Assembly (NCBI GenBank): GCA_951406725.2
Contig: OX597830.1
Span: 66,898,001-66,962,000, forward strand
Length of the DNA: 64,000 bases
Direction of reading: 5' to 3'
DNA from: Octopus vulgaris
Taxonomy: Eukaryota
Positions 25,232-38,430 of the stretch are shown here, piece by piece; positions within the stretch are counted from its first letter, which is position 1, and each line of letters opens with the position of its first letter. A program made the translations under genes and the position numbers. The notes under the pieces were generated by a model. It saw nothing but the letters and a program-made list of their open reading frames with translations, did not search any database and had not been told where the DNA came from.

Positions 25232-26180
25232 GCACGCATGCACACTCACACAGTGTATATATATATCTATTATATAAAATCCGTTCTGTCTGTCTGTGTG
25301 TGTCTTCTAGGATCTCGGGCATCCTCCATCCGATTGTGCTCAAATTTGATATGTAGATACTGACGGTATCAGGTCGTGTATAAGTCTTGAAAAAATTACA
25401 GAAATCGATTCCAGGTGAGAATGTAATTGATAAAGCCATGGGAACGTGCATTTGTCTATCTTTATTTCTTCTTTTGCTGGTGTCTCAAATTTAGGTTAAA
25501 TCAGTGTTTCTCAAAGGGGAGGCCTATGGGGCGGTCGAACAAGTTGTTTTGAGAAAATTTTGTTTAAATGTTTGACAACTCAGCACTGTCCATTGGACAG
25601 GGGCTGTTTTGCTCGTATATATATATATATTATGGTCTTCCATGGTTTCCATCTACCAAATTCACTCATAAGGCATTGGTCAGCCCAAAGTTATAGTAGA
25701 AGACACTTCCCCAAGGTACCACATAATGGGATTGAACCCAAAACTACATGGTTGCAAAGCAAGTTTCTTCACTGCATAGCCATATCTATGTCTGTATATG
25801 TATATCATGGGATATATCAGGAGTGGCTGTGTGGTAAGTAGCTTGCTTACCAACCACACCTTGGGTAAGTGTCTTCTATTATAGCCTCAGGCCGACCAAA
25901 GCCTTATGAGTGGATTTTGTAGATGGAAACTGAAAGAAGCCTATCGTATATACATACCTATATATGTTTGTGTGTCTGTGTTTGTCCCCCTACCATCACT
26001 TGACAACTAATGCTGGTGTGTTTATGTCCCTGTAATTTAACGGCCCAGCAAATGAGACCAATAGAATAAGTACTAGGCTTACAAAGAATAAGTCCTGGGG
26101 TCGATATGTTCGACTAAAGGCAGTGCTCTAGCATGGCCACAGTCAAATGACTGAAACAAATAAAAAAGAGTAAAAGAGGA
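24975..26180. mobile_element. Head-to-head family A SINEs (24975-25790 -, containing a Helitron; 25819-26180 +)
   Basis: Match the family-A consensus. Confidence 0.75.
25266..25615 (+). mobile_element. Second non-autonomous Helitron family, nested in a SINE microsatellite
   Basis: 5' TCtattatataaaa with ctgt repeats; 3' hairpin ctgtccattggacag followed by CTCG|T. Confidence 0.65.
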
Positions 26181-26527
26181 TATATATATATGTATGAGGC
26201 CACATAGCCTAGTGGTTAGGGTGTTGCAATCATGATCACAAGATCATGGTTTCAGTTCATGGATCAGGTGGTACATTGTGTTCTTGAGCAAAACACTTCC
26301 TTTCATGTCACTCTGTAATCACTTCGATACCTGACTGTGGCACACTGTGCACCTGGTCAGGCAACGTCAATTTGTTGGAGGGAATGACATAATGCACGGC
26401 TAAAACATTTGACCATTATAAGCAAATCGTTTGTGCAGTTTGTTAAATAAAAAGAACTTAACGCTTATATGTCATCTTCGATGGAAAATTCAATCATATA
26501 TTCACACACACACACATACACACACAC

Positions 26528-26799
26528 ACACGAGAAGGGGGCTGAAAAGTTCCTGGCTTTGGGTACAAGAAAGTATAGGAGGAGCAGTTACTCTTTTACT
26601 CTTTGACATTTGACTGTGGCCATGCTGGAGTACCGCCTTTTAGTTGAGCAAATCAACCCCAGGATTTATTCTTTGTAAGCCTAGTACTTATTCTATCAGT
26701 CTCTTTTGCCAAACCGTTTAGTTACAGGGATGTAAACACACCAGCATCGGTTGTCAAGCGATGCTGGGGGACAAACACAGACATACAAATGTATACACA

Positions 26800-26834
<35 letters not shown>

Positions 26835-27110
26835 GTATACATATATATGATGGGCTTCTTTCAATTTCCATCTACCAAATCCACTCACAAGGCTTTGGTC
26901 GGCCCGAGGCTATAGTACAAGACGCTTGTATAAAATGTATAAAATTATGATTTTATTCAGTTTCTCCTCTCAGATTTGCACAGACTCATTGCAGTGGTCC
27001 TTCAGTTTTTCTACTCCTTGTAAAAGAACTTGGAAGGCTGGGCTTCCAAACAAACCTATCACAATACTCTTAAAGCCAGGAAATTTTCAGCACCCCGTCA
27101 AATCATTCCC
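26528..27110 (-). mobile_element. Mariner 3' end split by a family A SINE (26590-26925)
   Basis: TIR-like cgagaagggggctgaaaagttcctggc; C-terminal peptide resembling LEAQPSKFF..EKLKDHCN. Confidence 0.55.
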
Positions 27111-27756
27111 AATGCTTCAGCAGGGACTACAATTGCCATGGGTGCGACTTCTCCTCTTTTGACATTTTAAAGAGAAATACAAAACAAACAGAAAAGCAAA
27201 GGAAAACATACTCTGTATCTATAGGTGTAGCCCACATCTCTAATTGGTGATATCAACCTCTATTCTTCCTCCCACTAATTCTAATAAAGTATTTTGTTCC
27301 ATAAGAATGGAAACCTAACAAGTGTGTAGAAACGAAGATAAGAACAGGTAAAGAGATCAGGCTAAATATGGAATAGTGTTGCTATTTTAGTAATGTTTAC
27401 TGTCAAAGTAAGTAGTAAATAGTAAATAGCATTGACTGTAAAGGAAATAATATTGGCTCTTCACCAGTTTGTAACCAGCTTCCTGTGAGAGATTGATATG
27501 AGAACTATGAAAATATACATCCTGCTGACATAATTGATTTCTTTTGACTAGGCACTAGACCAATTTTTGCAGAGGTGGGAGGAGGGGTGAATGTAGTAAA
27601 TTCAACTGACATCTTGTATTATCATTATTATTTGGCACTGCCGATTTATGGATTAGGAGAGAGCAGAAAACTAGAGGAAAAGAAAAATGTTCCTTGATTT
27701 CGACGGAATTGAAAAATATGTTTGACTCGGGCACGTAGGGTTTGAACTCAGGAATG

Positions 27757-28260
27757 TCATCATCATTATCATTATCATCATTGTCATCATCATTGTCATT
27801 GCCATCATCATCATCATTGTTGTCATCACCATCCTTATCATCATCATTGTATCATAATCATCATCATAATCGTCATCATCTTCATTATCATCACCATTAT
27901 CATTATCATCGTCGACATCATCATCACGGACATCATCATCATGGACATCATCATCATCGTCATCATCATCACTACCACCACCAATGTTGTTATTGCTATC
28001 ATCACCGTCATCGTTGTTGTTGTTTACATCATTGACATTGCTGTCATTTTTGTCCTCCTCATCATCATCATTATCTTCATTATTATCATTGTCGTCATCA
28101 TCATCATCGTCAGTCATCATCATCATTATCATCCTTATGTTGTCATCACAGCCATCTTCGTCATCCCCACTATCATCATCCTCATCATCATCATCATCAT
28201 CACAATTGTCATTGTTGTCTTCATTGTCATTATCATTGATAAAAGTCTTCATTGTCATTA
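27757..28260. repeat. Cryptic (CAT)n trinucleotide region (similar ones at 14050-14222, 22340-22580, 32560-33115, 62430-62715)
   Basis: Seen directly; source of the poly-D/M/S/H ORFs. Confidence 0.9.
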
Positions 28261-28660
28261 TCAAAGATAAAAGTTGGTTATGTGTGCATATCTTTTTACA
28301 TATTTCAATTCACGATTACATCACTGTACATAAATCCCCTCACTAAACAAGGTTTTCGAAACTTGTCTTTGTACATATATATTCACCTCCCATTACCAAA
28401 AGCTGAACAGTTATCTCCCTTACCCACAACAATAATAATAATTATGATAACCAATTAACTCCCTTTTATTTATCTACTTATGAAGTCATTCACTTGTGAA
28501 TTTCATCACCCACAACATGGACAAAATTTCTTCTTAAGAAAAAATACATATTCAAATAAGTAAAACATTATATCATGAATAGCGATAGCGAAACCGGTCG
28601 ATATATTAAAAATTATATTAAAACTATGTAAGTGTGCGTATTTTCCTTTTTAAATTTCTC
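28260..28660 (+). mobile_element. Decayed Penelope-like element 3' end (GIY-YIG C-terminus remnant, hammerhead, tail at (TA)n)
   Basis: Degenerate peptides YINPLTKQ..RNLSLY and KFLLKK resemble the PLE C-terminus (YNP.TKRCNLCL..; CRH.NKFLL) and lie directly before the hammerhead. Confidence 0.4.
28569..28605 (+). ncRNA. Degenerate minimal hammerhead ribozyme motif
   Basis: tatatc AUGAAUA gc-gata-gc GAAA ccgg UC gatata. Perfect stem I and palindromic stem III; core has two substitutions relative to CUGANGA. Confidence 0.55.
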
Positions 28661-28712
<52 letters not shown>

Positions 28713-29610
28713 ATTTATATATGTGCCGGTGACATGTAAAAGCACCCACTACACTCTTGGAGAGGTTGACATTAGGAAGGGCATCCAGCTGTAGAAACTC
28801 TGCCAGATCAAGATTGGAGCCTGGTGCAGCCTTCTGGTTTGCCAGCCCTCAGTCAAATCGTCCAACCCATGCTAGCATGGAAAGTGGATGTTAAACAATG
28901 ATGATGATGTATTTGTGTGTGTATATGTTTGTGTGTCTGTGTTTGTCCCCCCCCAACATTGCTTGACAACCGATGCTGGTATGTTTAGGTCCCTGTAACG
29001 GCAAAAGAGACCAATAGAATAAGTACTAGGCTTACAAAGAATAAGTACTGGGGTTGACTGCTCGACTAAAGGCTGTGCTCCAAGTAAACAAGTAAACGAG
29101 TAAAAGAGTTAAGAGTAACTGACTTAACCCGAAATTGCTGGCCTTGTGCCAAAATTTAAAATCAGTATTGAAGGTTAAGTTATTTTCCCTTTCATTAATT
29201 CAAAGTTGACGTTGAGAAGTACAAGTGAAGTAGTGGGGTCAGTTTAATCAAATGAAAATTGCCCAACAGTATTTGTGGCCAAGGGACAATGTATGAAATC
29301 AACATTAAAAGAAAGGTCAAGTATTTGAAAGTAATATGAAAATTAATAATCAAACTCAAAACAATTTTGACAGAAAAATAATTTCATTGTTGTTTAATTA
29401 AAAAAAAAAATATTTATTGCTATTATCAAAGAAAAGTAGCAAAAGCTGAAAATATGCACACGCAACACACACACACACAACACACATACACACACACAAA
29501 TGTGCAGACACACACATGCATACATATATGCACAGAGAAGCAGAAACATGCTCTATGTGTGTGTGTGTATATGTGTGTGTGGGTATACATATATACATAT
29601 AAATATATAT

Positions 29611-29908
29611 TGTGGCCGAAGCCAGTGCCGCCTCGACTGGCTTCCGTGCCGGTGGCACATAAAATGCACCAATCCAACCGTGGCCGATGCCAACCTCGCC
29701 TGGCACCAGTGCAGGTGGCACGTAAAAAGCACCCACTACACTCACGGAGTGGTTGGCGTTAGGAAGGGCATCCAGCTGTAGAAACATTGCCAGATAAGAC
29801 CGGAGCCTGGTGCAGCCTTCTGGCTTCCCAGATCTCCGATCGAACCGTCCAACCCATGCTAGCATGGAAAGCGGACGTTAAACGATGATGAAGATGATGA
29901 TGATGATG
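29611..29908 (+). mobile_element. Family B RTE-tail copy, near identical to 623-948
   Basis: Direct sequence comparison. Confidence 0.8.
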
Positions 29909-29941
29909 CTTAGAGAGATAGGATAGATATATAATGTATAT

Positions 29942-29981
<40 letters not shown>

Positions 29982-30525
29982 TTACATATGTAACGTATAT
30001 ATACACAGATACATATACACATATGAACACATATCTCTACATAAATACATACATAAATGCACACGCATACACACACACAAATCTTTATAATCCACATTGT
30101 AACCGTTTTTATATATTTTTTTTACTACCTCATTTAACGGACCAGCTGTCAAAATAAAAAAAAATCATTCATCGTGAATATAGTTATGTAAGAAGTAAAC
30201 TGTTTACAAGTATTTCACTATTACAACAATACAGTGTCCTTGAATATAATCTTTTTTCTATTTTTCAGTTTGCTTTTTTATATTTGTTTAGTGCTGTTAC
30301 ACAGCAGCCATGCTGGGGCACTGCCTTGAAGAATTCTAGTCAAGCGAATTGGCTCCAGTAGTTTTTTTTTTTTTAAAGTCTGGCACTTATTCTATTGGTC
30401 TCTTTTGCTGAATACCTAAGTTATAGGGATGTAAACACACCAACACAGGTTGTCAAGCAGTAGTGAGTGAAAAACACAGACACAAAATACACATACGCAC
30501 ACATACATGTATATATGTATATATA

Positions 30526-30887
30526 TCTTTATATATAAAAGTCAAGTTGTGTGTCTGTCTCCTACGATTTAGATTCCTAACTACTCCCACATTATAGTCG
30601 TGATTCATATCGAGGCCTTCTGGATATTAGCGCGCGTCTACGATGAGTCTGCGATTTAAAAAAAAATTTACCATCATTTTTTTCCATTTTAACGCATTTT
30701 TTTCGCTATTATATAAGGGAAGTAACTCTCTAAAAATGTCTACGATGAGTCGATTTAAAAAAAAATTTACCATAATTTTTTTTCCATTTTTAATGCATTT
30801 TTTTGCTATTTTTTTACTATAACTCTCTAAAAATGCTTATATAGTTATTTCCCTTACAAACCAAGCAACGCTGGGCGATACTGCTAA
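30526..30887 (+). mobile_element. Family F Helitron with internal duplication, inserted in a SINE TA tract
   Basis: 5' TC; 3' ccaagcaacgctgggcgatactgCTAA. A second orphan 3' hairpin follows at ~30907-30943. Confidence 0.75.
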
Positions 30888-31193
30888 ATATATATATATA
30901 TAATTCCAAGCAACGCCGGGTCTGTGTAAGCATTTTATTCTAGATACTGCTTAATTAATTTCACCCTTCATTATTACGGATAGTATATATATATATATAT
31001 ATAAAATTTTTAAATAGGATAAAATCTTTATAAGAATTTATCAAGTAGTCAGCATGGGAAAACCTCATAAGGGAAAAATTATAATTTTTTCCCTTTAAAT
31101 ATATTTATTTATATTAAGGGCATTACAACATATGAATGCCTCACGCTATGTCTGGAATGTTAATTTTCGTTCATTTTTATGTGTCTTGATTAT

Positions 31194-31254
31194 GCCTGCA
31201 CTGACGATTAAAAAGTGCATTTTGTGCACTAATTATGAAATCATGATTTGTGGC
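31194..31254 (+). ncRNA. Type I hammerhead ribozyme motif, intact core (AUU triplet)
   Basis: gcctgca CUGACGA [stem II agtgca/tgcact] GAAA tcatga UU tgtggc. Palindromic stem III ATCATGAT; enclosed by a 52-bp inverted repeat. Confidence 0.65.
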
Positions 31255-31627
31255 TGAATTTGTTTTTAAGGAGCTCGCTTCAAGACTTGCATTCCCTCAC
31301 ATTCAGTACACTATTTTTATTATGGTAGTTTTGACTTTAAGAGTTCCTCATAGCATGAAGCATTCATGTGTAGTAATGCCCTTAACATAAATAAATATAT
31401 GTGTGTGTGTGTGAGAGAGAGACAGTATGTACATGAGGATATAGTAGAAAACAATTACTCATGGTACCATATAGTAGAACTGAACTCAGAACAATGTGGT
31501 TGGGATGCAAACTTCTTATTTCTTTATTGCTCACAAGGGGCTAAACACAGAGGGGACAAACAAGGACAGACAAAGGGATTAAGTTGATTATATCGACCCC
31601 AGTGTGTAACTGGTACTTAATTGATCC

Positions 31628-32332
31628 TTCGAACATTGGGCCTTACCAAGGCAATGACTTGTGACTGAGACCTTTGGAGATAAGCTTTGCTTGAGAAGAC
31701 CCGACAAGCCAAGTGAGACCATAGCCCATGGCTTATGCCAGTAGGTGTAACCAGCCCACATATGAATACCCTTCATTCATTGGACAATATACTTTGCTTG
31801 CGAAGACCTATTGAGGCAAGTGAAATTAAAATCAAGATCGCTGACGTGGTCGATGACAGTACTGCCTGATTGGCATTCATGCCAGTGGAATGTTAAAAGC
31901 ACATCTGAGCATGATCGTTGCCAGTGCTAGGGATTGGCACCCATGCCAATGGCACATAAAAAGCACCATTCAAGTGTGATCGTTGCTAGTCTCACCTTAC
32001 CGACACCTGTGCTGGTGGCATGTGAAAAGCAAAATTCAAGCATGGTCATTGCCAGTGCCACCTGACTGGCTCCCATGCAGGTAGCATGTAAAAAACACAT
32101 TTTGAGCGTGGTCGTTCCCAGAAACGCCTGACTGGACCTCATACCAGTGGCACATAAAAACATCTCGGAGTGGTTGGCGTTAGGAAGGGCATCCAGCTGT
32201 AGGAACTTTGCCAGATCAGATTGAGCCTGGTGCAGCCTCTGGCTCACCAGTCCTCAGTCAAACCGTCCAACCCATGCCAGCATGGAAAGCGGATGTTAAA
32301 TTATGATGATGATGATGATGATGATGATGATA
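31628..32332 (+). mobile_element. RTE LINE 3' fragment (ORF end, 3'UTR with ~60-bp tandem subunits, (GAT)n)
   Basis: 31630-31715 is homologous to the ORF end of the 34.4-kb LINE; repeated ggtggcacRtaaaaagcacc units. Confidence 0.75.
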
Positions 32333-34159
32333 ACTTTGGAAAGGAAAAGAGAGAAAGAGAGAGATGGATGAAAATATTTGTTTCTATCCCTTCTCTCTTT
32401 CCACTCTCTCTCTCTTTCTCTTGCTATCTATCTAATTACATACATGCACTCCAGCCAGCTTTCCTACCTATCTTGTCTGGATGTACATGCATATTTACAT
32501 ACATGTGACATGTGACATTTATTACAATATTGGTGAAGACAGCAACCGTTGTCAGCTCATCATGATGATGATGATGATGATGACGATGATGATGATGATG
32601 ATGATGACGATGACGACGATGACGATGATGATGATGATGATGACTGATGGCGATGATAATGATAACGACGATAATGTTATGAATGATGATAGTGATGATG
32701 ACAACGACAACAATGATGGTGGTGGTGGTGATGCTAATGACAACGATGATGGTGATGACAATGATGACAATGATGATGATGATGATGATGATAGTGATGT
32801 CAAAGAGAATGATGACAACGGTGGTGGCAGTATTGATGGTGATGGTAATGATCGCGGTGGCAACTGATGTTGACGTCTGGGATAGTGACAATCGTGGCAG
32901 TGGTGGTGGTGGTGGTGGATAGGAGGCAGTGGTGACGACAATGCTGATGATGTTGTCGTCCTTTTCTTTTTCTTCCTGCTCCTCCTTTTCAACATCACTG
33001 TCATCATAATCATCATAACAATGTTCATTATGTTCATCATCATCATCGTCATTATAATCACCATCATTGTTTCCATCCTCATCCTCATCGTCATCATCAT
33101 CATGATCATCATCTTACCAACATTACAACAGCATCATTACCTACAATATGATTTTATATATTCTTCCTTGCATCAATTTAAAAAAAAAACATTGTCTCCA
33201 TCCTTCACTGGCCAACCAACCAACCAACCAACCAACCAACCAACCAACCAACCAACCTACCAACCTACCAACCAACCAACCTACCAACCAACCAACCTAC
33301 CTACCTACCAACCAGCCAGTTTGCCAGTCTGCCAGCCAGCCAACCAACCATCTAGCCACCCAACTACACAAGCAGCAACACCAAAACCATGGAAACATAA
33401 AGTGTATCAGAACATCTGAGGCTAAAATAAATAGATTCACACATTGGTATGGTTACCATTTTCAGCACAAAACTACATTAGATCAAGACATGGAAGAGGG
33501 TACCAGGAGAGGAAGGAGAAAGAGGAAGGAGAAAGAGGAAGGAGAAAGAGAAGGAGGAATGAGAAAGATGAACTGGTGATATTGGTGATTGTGTATTGCT
33601 GTTTGGGGACGAAGTTCTCTTCGTAAAGATGTGGTTTTTTGGGTTCAGTTTCAGTTTGTGGCAGTTTGGACAAGTCTTCCCAATAATAGTCCCCCCCCAC
33701 CAATCCCCAAAAATACTGTGTGAGTGAATTTGATGAATGGAAACTAGGAAATTCACACATGAGTGTTGTGTGTGTGTGTGTTTGTGTGTGTTTACATACA
33801 TACATGCATACATATATACATACATACATACACACATACATACATACATACATACATACATACATACATACATACATGCATGCATGCATACATACATACA
33901 TACATACATACATACATACATACATGCATGCATGCATTCATACACATATCATCATCATCATCATCGTTTAACATCCGCTTTCCATGCTAGCATGGGTTGG
34001 ACGATTTTGACTGAGGGCTGGCGAGCCAGATGGCTGCACCAGGCCCCAATCTTGATTTGGCAGAGTTTCTACTCATGGATGCCCTTCCTAATGCCAACCA
34101 CTCCATGAGTGTAGTGGGTGCTTTTTACGTGCCACCGGCACGCACACATATTCATATAT

Positions 34160-36362
34160 CATCATCATCATCATTATTATCGTTTAATGTCTGTTTTCCA
34201 TGCTAGCATGGGTTGGATGGTTTGACAGGAGCTGACCAACTGAAGGGCTGTTTGGCTCCTTGTCTATTTTGGCTTGGATTCTATGGCTGGATGCCCTTCG
34301 TAATGCCAACTACTTTTACAGAGTGTACTGGGTGCTTTTACGCAGCACTAGTACAGGTGCTTTTTTTATGTGACACCAGCACCTACAGGCCAGCAAGATT
34401 AGGAAAGCTCAGCTGGAGAGGGTTACTTAGCTTGACATGTCTTTTCAAGCTCAGCAAACCGCCAGGAGTCTCAGTCCCTTGTCATCCCCTCTCTGAGTCC
34501 CAATGTCTGTACAGCCTTTCTCATCACTTAGTCCCATGTCTTTCTGGATCTACCCCTTCCACATGTTCCCTCTACGATTAGAGATTAGCACCTTTTGATG
34601 CAACTGTCTTCATTCATACACATTACATGGCTGTACCAGCGCAGTTTTCTCTCTTGCACACTACATTTGATGCTATATATATATACCCAGATTTTCTCTC
34701 GGATCACATACACTCTGTTGAATATGTACACTGATATCATCATTCAGCAAAGCAAATTGGCTTCATTTTTTTCATGTCTTCACATGTCCTCAGTAGTCAC
34801 AGCCCATGTCTCACTGCTATGCACCATAGCTGTTCATACTCAGGCATCATACAATCTGCCTTTAACTATGAGGGAGAAGCCCTTCATTACCAACAGAGGT
34901 AGTAGCTCTCTGAACTTCACCCAGCCTATTCTTATTCTAGCAGCTAAGCTTTTGGAACAACCACCCCCACTACTGACTTGGTCACCTAAGTAACAGAAAT
35001 TGACTACTATTTCTAGGGATCCCCCTGGTATATGAGAGAGTCTATTTTTTTGGTTTGTATGTTCCTGGTGTTTAATGTACCTGCACATCTGCTACATGTA
35101 AAGACTACCTTGTCACCTAGTGATACTGCTACACCTCTTATGTATCCATAGCTTGCACTGTGTACACCTTATGGAGTGTCTCCCAACACATCTACATATC
35201 AAGCAGGGCCATCTCCCTGAAGGGATCTGCAATTTTTCTGTCTTCCTACTCATCAATACTTTGGTCTTTGCTAAATTACCTCTAAGGCCCTTTGATTCCA
35301 GACCTTGCTTCTATACCTAAAATTTCTTCTCTGGTTCTGGTAGTTATTTAGCAATAAGAACAAGATCAGGTCATTGGCATAGAGGAGCTCCCAAGGACAG
35401 CTAGTCTAAAATTTCTCAGTTATAGCTTGGAGGACCACGATAAATAAGAGAAGGTTAAGAACTGAGCCCTGGTGGTCTCCCTCTTATACACTAAACTTCT
35501 TCTTATACTCATTGATGACTCTCACCTTACTAATAGCATCCCTGTACATGGCTTGTACAGCTCTCACTAATCACTCATCTATCCTTGACTTCTGCATTGC
35601 ATACTAGATAAAGAAGTGGCTTTCTCCATCTTAACAAAAGCCAGAAACAGAAGTTTATTTTTGGCCAAGTATTTCTACAGTTGCCTCACCAGGAAGATGG
35701 TGCTTTTCCTTGGCACAAATCCAAATTGTATCTCATCTATGTTAATTCCCTTCCTAATTAATTGAGCTACGACCCTCTCTGTAACTTTCATCACCTGGTC
35801 CAACCATTTGATGCTACTACAACTATTTCTGTCTAGGGTGTCACTTTTGCCTTTGTAGCAGTTGATCCCAATGCTGCTACACCAATTATAGAGTATGACT
35901 CCCCCAGGGACAACTTAATTAACTATACAGGCGACCAGGTTATAACCCACCCCACCAGAGATTTTTAGCATCTCAGCAGTGACCCTTGATAGGCCAGAGG
36001 CTTTTCCTGTCTCAATATCCTTAATTGCTTTGTCTACTAAGCTACTGTCAATTGGAATAGCTGACCCCTCTTTTGGGTCCACATAGGGCAGGCTCTCCTT
36101 TTCCCAAGCATTCTTTACATTTAGCAGCCTTTCATTGTGGCACTTCTAAGCGTCCTTATATGCAAAATCGCTAACTGTGAGTGAACCATTATCCATGTAA
36201 ACACATTTCTCCCCAACCACATCACAATTTTCTTTGACACATTGTCTTGCAAGCTGAAACACTTCAAGCCTCTGGTCCTCATGATTCAGAACATTGGCAA
36301 ACTTCCTTCTCTCTGCTTCTCCCCTGGCTAAATACATCTGTCTGTCTTCTAACCTCTCTCCT
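34160..36362 (-). mobile_element. Degraded RTE-clade LINE with 3'UTR and (GAT)n tail
   Basis: Motifs HQGSVL, PWELLYANDL and FCYLGDQVSSGGGC..RIRIGWVKFRELLPLL..KGRLYDA. Runs directly into the family-B 3' end. Confidence 0.88.
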
Positions 36363-36874
36363 AGCTACTTGATATATGTGCGTGTGCATGTGTATGTTTG
36401 TGTGTACATTAATGCCTGTATATATATGTATATATACATACATGTATATATATTAATATATATACATATATTTATACTTATGTATATATATAGATATATA
36501 ATTAATAAAAAACAAAGAAAAAACATATATACATATATACATACAATTATATGAATATATATATGCATGTGTGTATGTACATATGTATATATATATATAC
36601 ATACATATACATACATACACACATGCATATATATATATTCATATAATTGTATGTATATATGTATATATGCACACGCACACACATATATATATACATGGGT
36701 GTATGTGTTATAGCATATATGATTATCATCATCATCATTATTTAATGTTCCTTTTCCATGCTGGCATGGGTTGGACTGTTTGACAGGGGCTGGCCAGCCA
36801 GAGAACTGCCCAAGCTCCAATTGTCCGTTTTAACATGATTTCTGTGGCTGACTGAATGCCCTTCCTAAAGCCTA

Positions 36875-37409
36875 TACATCTTCCCACATGGCCTCAAACT
36901 CAACATGCAGGCCTACATCAAGTGCCTGGTGGAGGTAGTGCTGCCCTGGGTCAAGAGGGTCGCTGCTGGAAGACCCTATGTCTGGCAACAGGACTTTGCA
37001 CCATGCCACACAAGCAGGGGAACCCAGTCATGACTGTCAGAGAATTTCTGCGACCACATCACCCCTAAAATCTGGCAATCAAACTCCCTAGACTACAACC
37101 CTCTTGATTATTATGTGTGGGGCACAGGTGAGCAAGAAACCAACATAACTCCTTGTAACACCAAAGATGAACTGAAGGCAAGGATTATGGCAGCATTCAG
37201 CAACTTAAGCAAGGAGACCATCTAGAAGAGTTGCAGGAGATTCTGAAATCATCTGGAGGCCGTAGTTAAAGCCAAAGGTGATTTTATTGAATAAATTTAC
37301 TCTTCTTAATATATTGACATATTTTTATGTAATTTTGGTAAATATATCAGTTGTCAGTATTATTTTCATTTTTACATAATTTAGACAACAGTCTATTCAC
37401 TGCACCCAG
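36875..37409 (+). mobile_element. 3' part of a DD37D (maT) transposon with right TIR
   Basis: WQQDFAPCH..NSLDYNPLDYYVWG with 37 residues between the catalytic D's; ends GDFIE*; TIR gcacccagTA. Confidence 0.85.
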
Positions 37410-37427
37410 TATATATATATATATATA

Positions 37428-37828
37428 TCTCTTTTACTCTTTTACTTGTTTCAGTCATTTGACTGCGGCCATGCTGGAGCACCACCTTCTAGTCAAGCAA
37501 ATCGACCCCGGGACTTATTCTTTGTAAGCCCAGTACTTATTCTATCGATCTCTTTTGCCGAACCGCTAAGTGACAGGGACGTAAACACACCAGCATCGGT
37601 TGTCAAGCAATGCTAGGGGGAAAAACACACACACACAAACACACACACATACACATATATATATATATATACATATATACGACAGGCTTCTTTCAGTTTC
37701 CGTCTACCAAATCCACTCACAAGGCATTGGTCGGCCCGGGGCTATAGCAGAAGACACTTGCCCGGGACTGAACCCAGAACCATGTGGTTGGTTAGCAAGC
37801 TACTTACCACACAGCCATTCCTGCGCCT
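37428..37828 (-). mobile_element. Family A SINE (second 3' half at 38085-38310)
   Basis: Matches the family-A consensus. Confidence 0.85.
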
Positions 37829-38361
37829 ATATGTATATATATATAAATTAGAAAAAAACCCACCTTTTATCAATTCAAAATGAAAAATTAAATTACACCA
37901 TCTAGAAAATTACATATAATTTATTTATTTATTTATTTATTTATTATTTTGCACATTACTTAACCATCGTTATATTTTTTTATCTTATATTTAATCTTTC
38001 TATCATATGTAATTTTCTAGATGGTGTAATTTAATTTTTCATTTTGAATTGATAAAAGGTGGTTTTTTTTCTAATTTATATATTCTCTTTTTTTTACTTG
38101 TTTCAGTCATTTTGACTGTGGCCATGCTGATGCACCGCCTTTAATGGAGCAACTCGACCCCGGGACTTATTCTTTGTAAGTCCAGTACTTATTCTATCGG
38201 TCTCTTTTGCCGAACCACTAAGTGACGGGGACATAAACACACCAGCATTGGTTGTCAAGCAATGCTAGGGGGACAAACACAGACACACAAACATACACAC
38301 ACATACATATATATTTATACATAATATATATATATATAATATATATATACATAATATATAC

Positions 38362-38402
<41 letters not shown>

Positions 38403-38430
38403 ATATATATATACATCATATATATATTAT

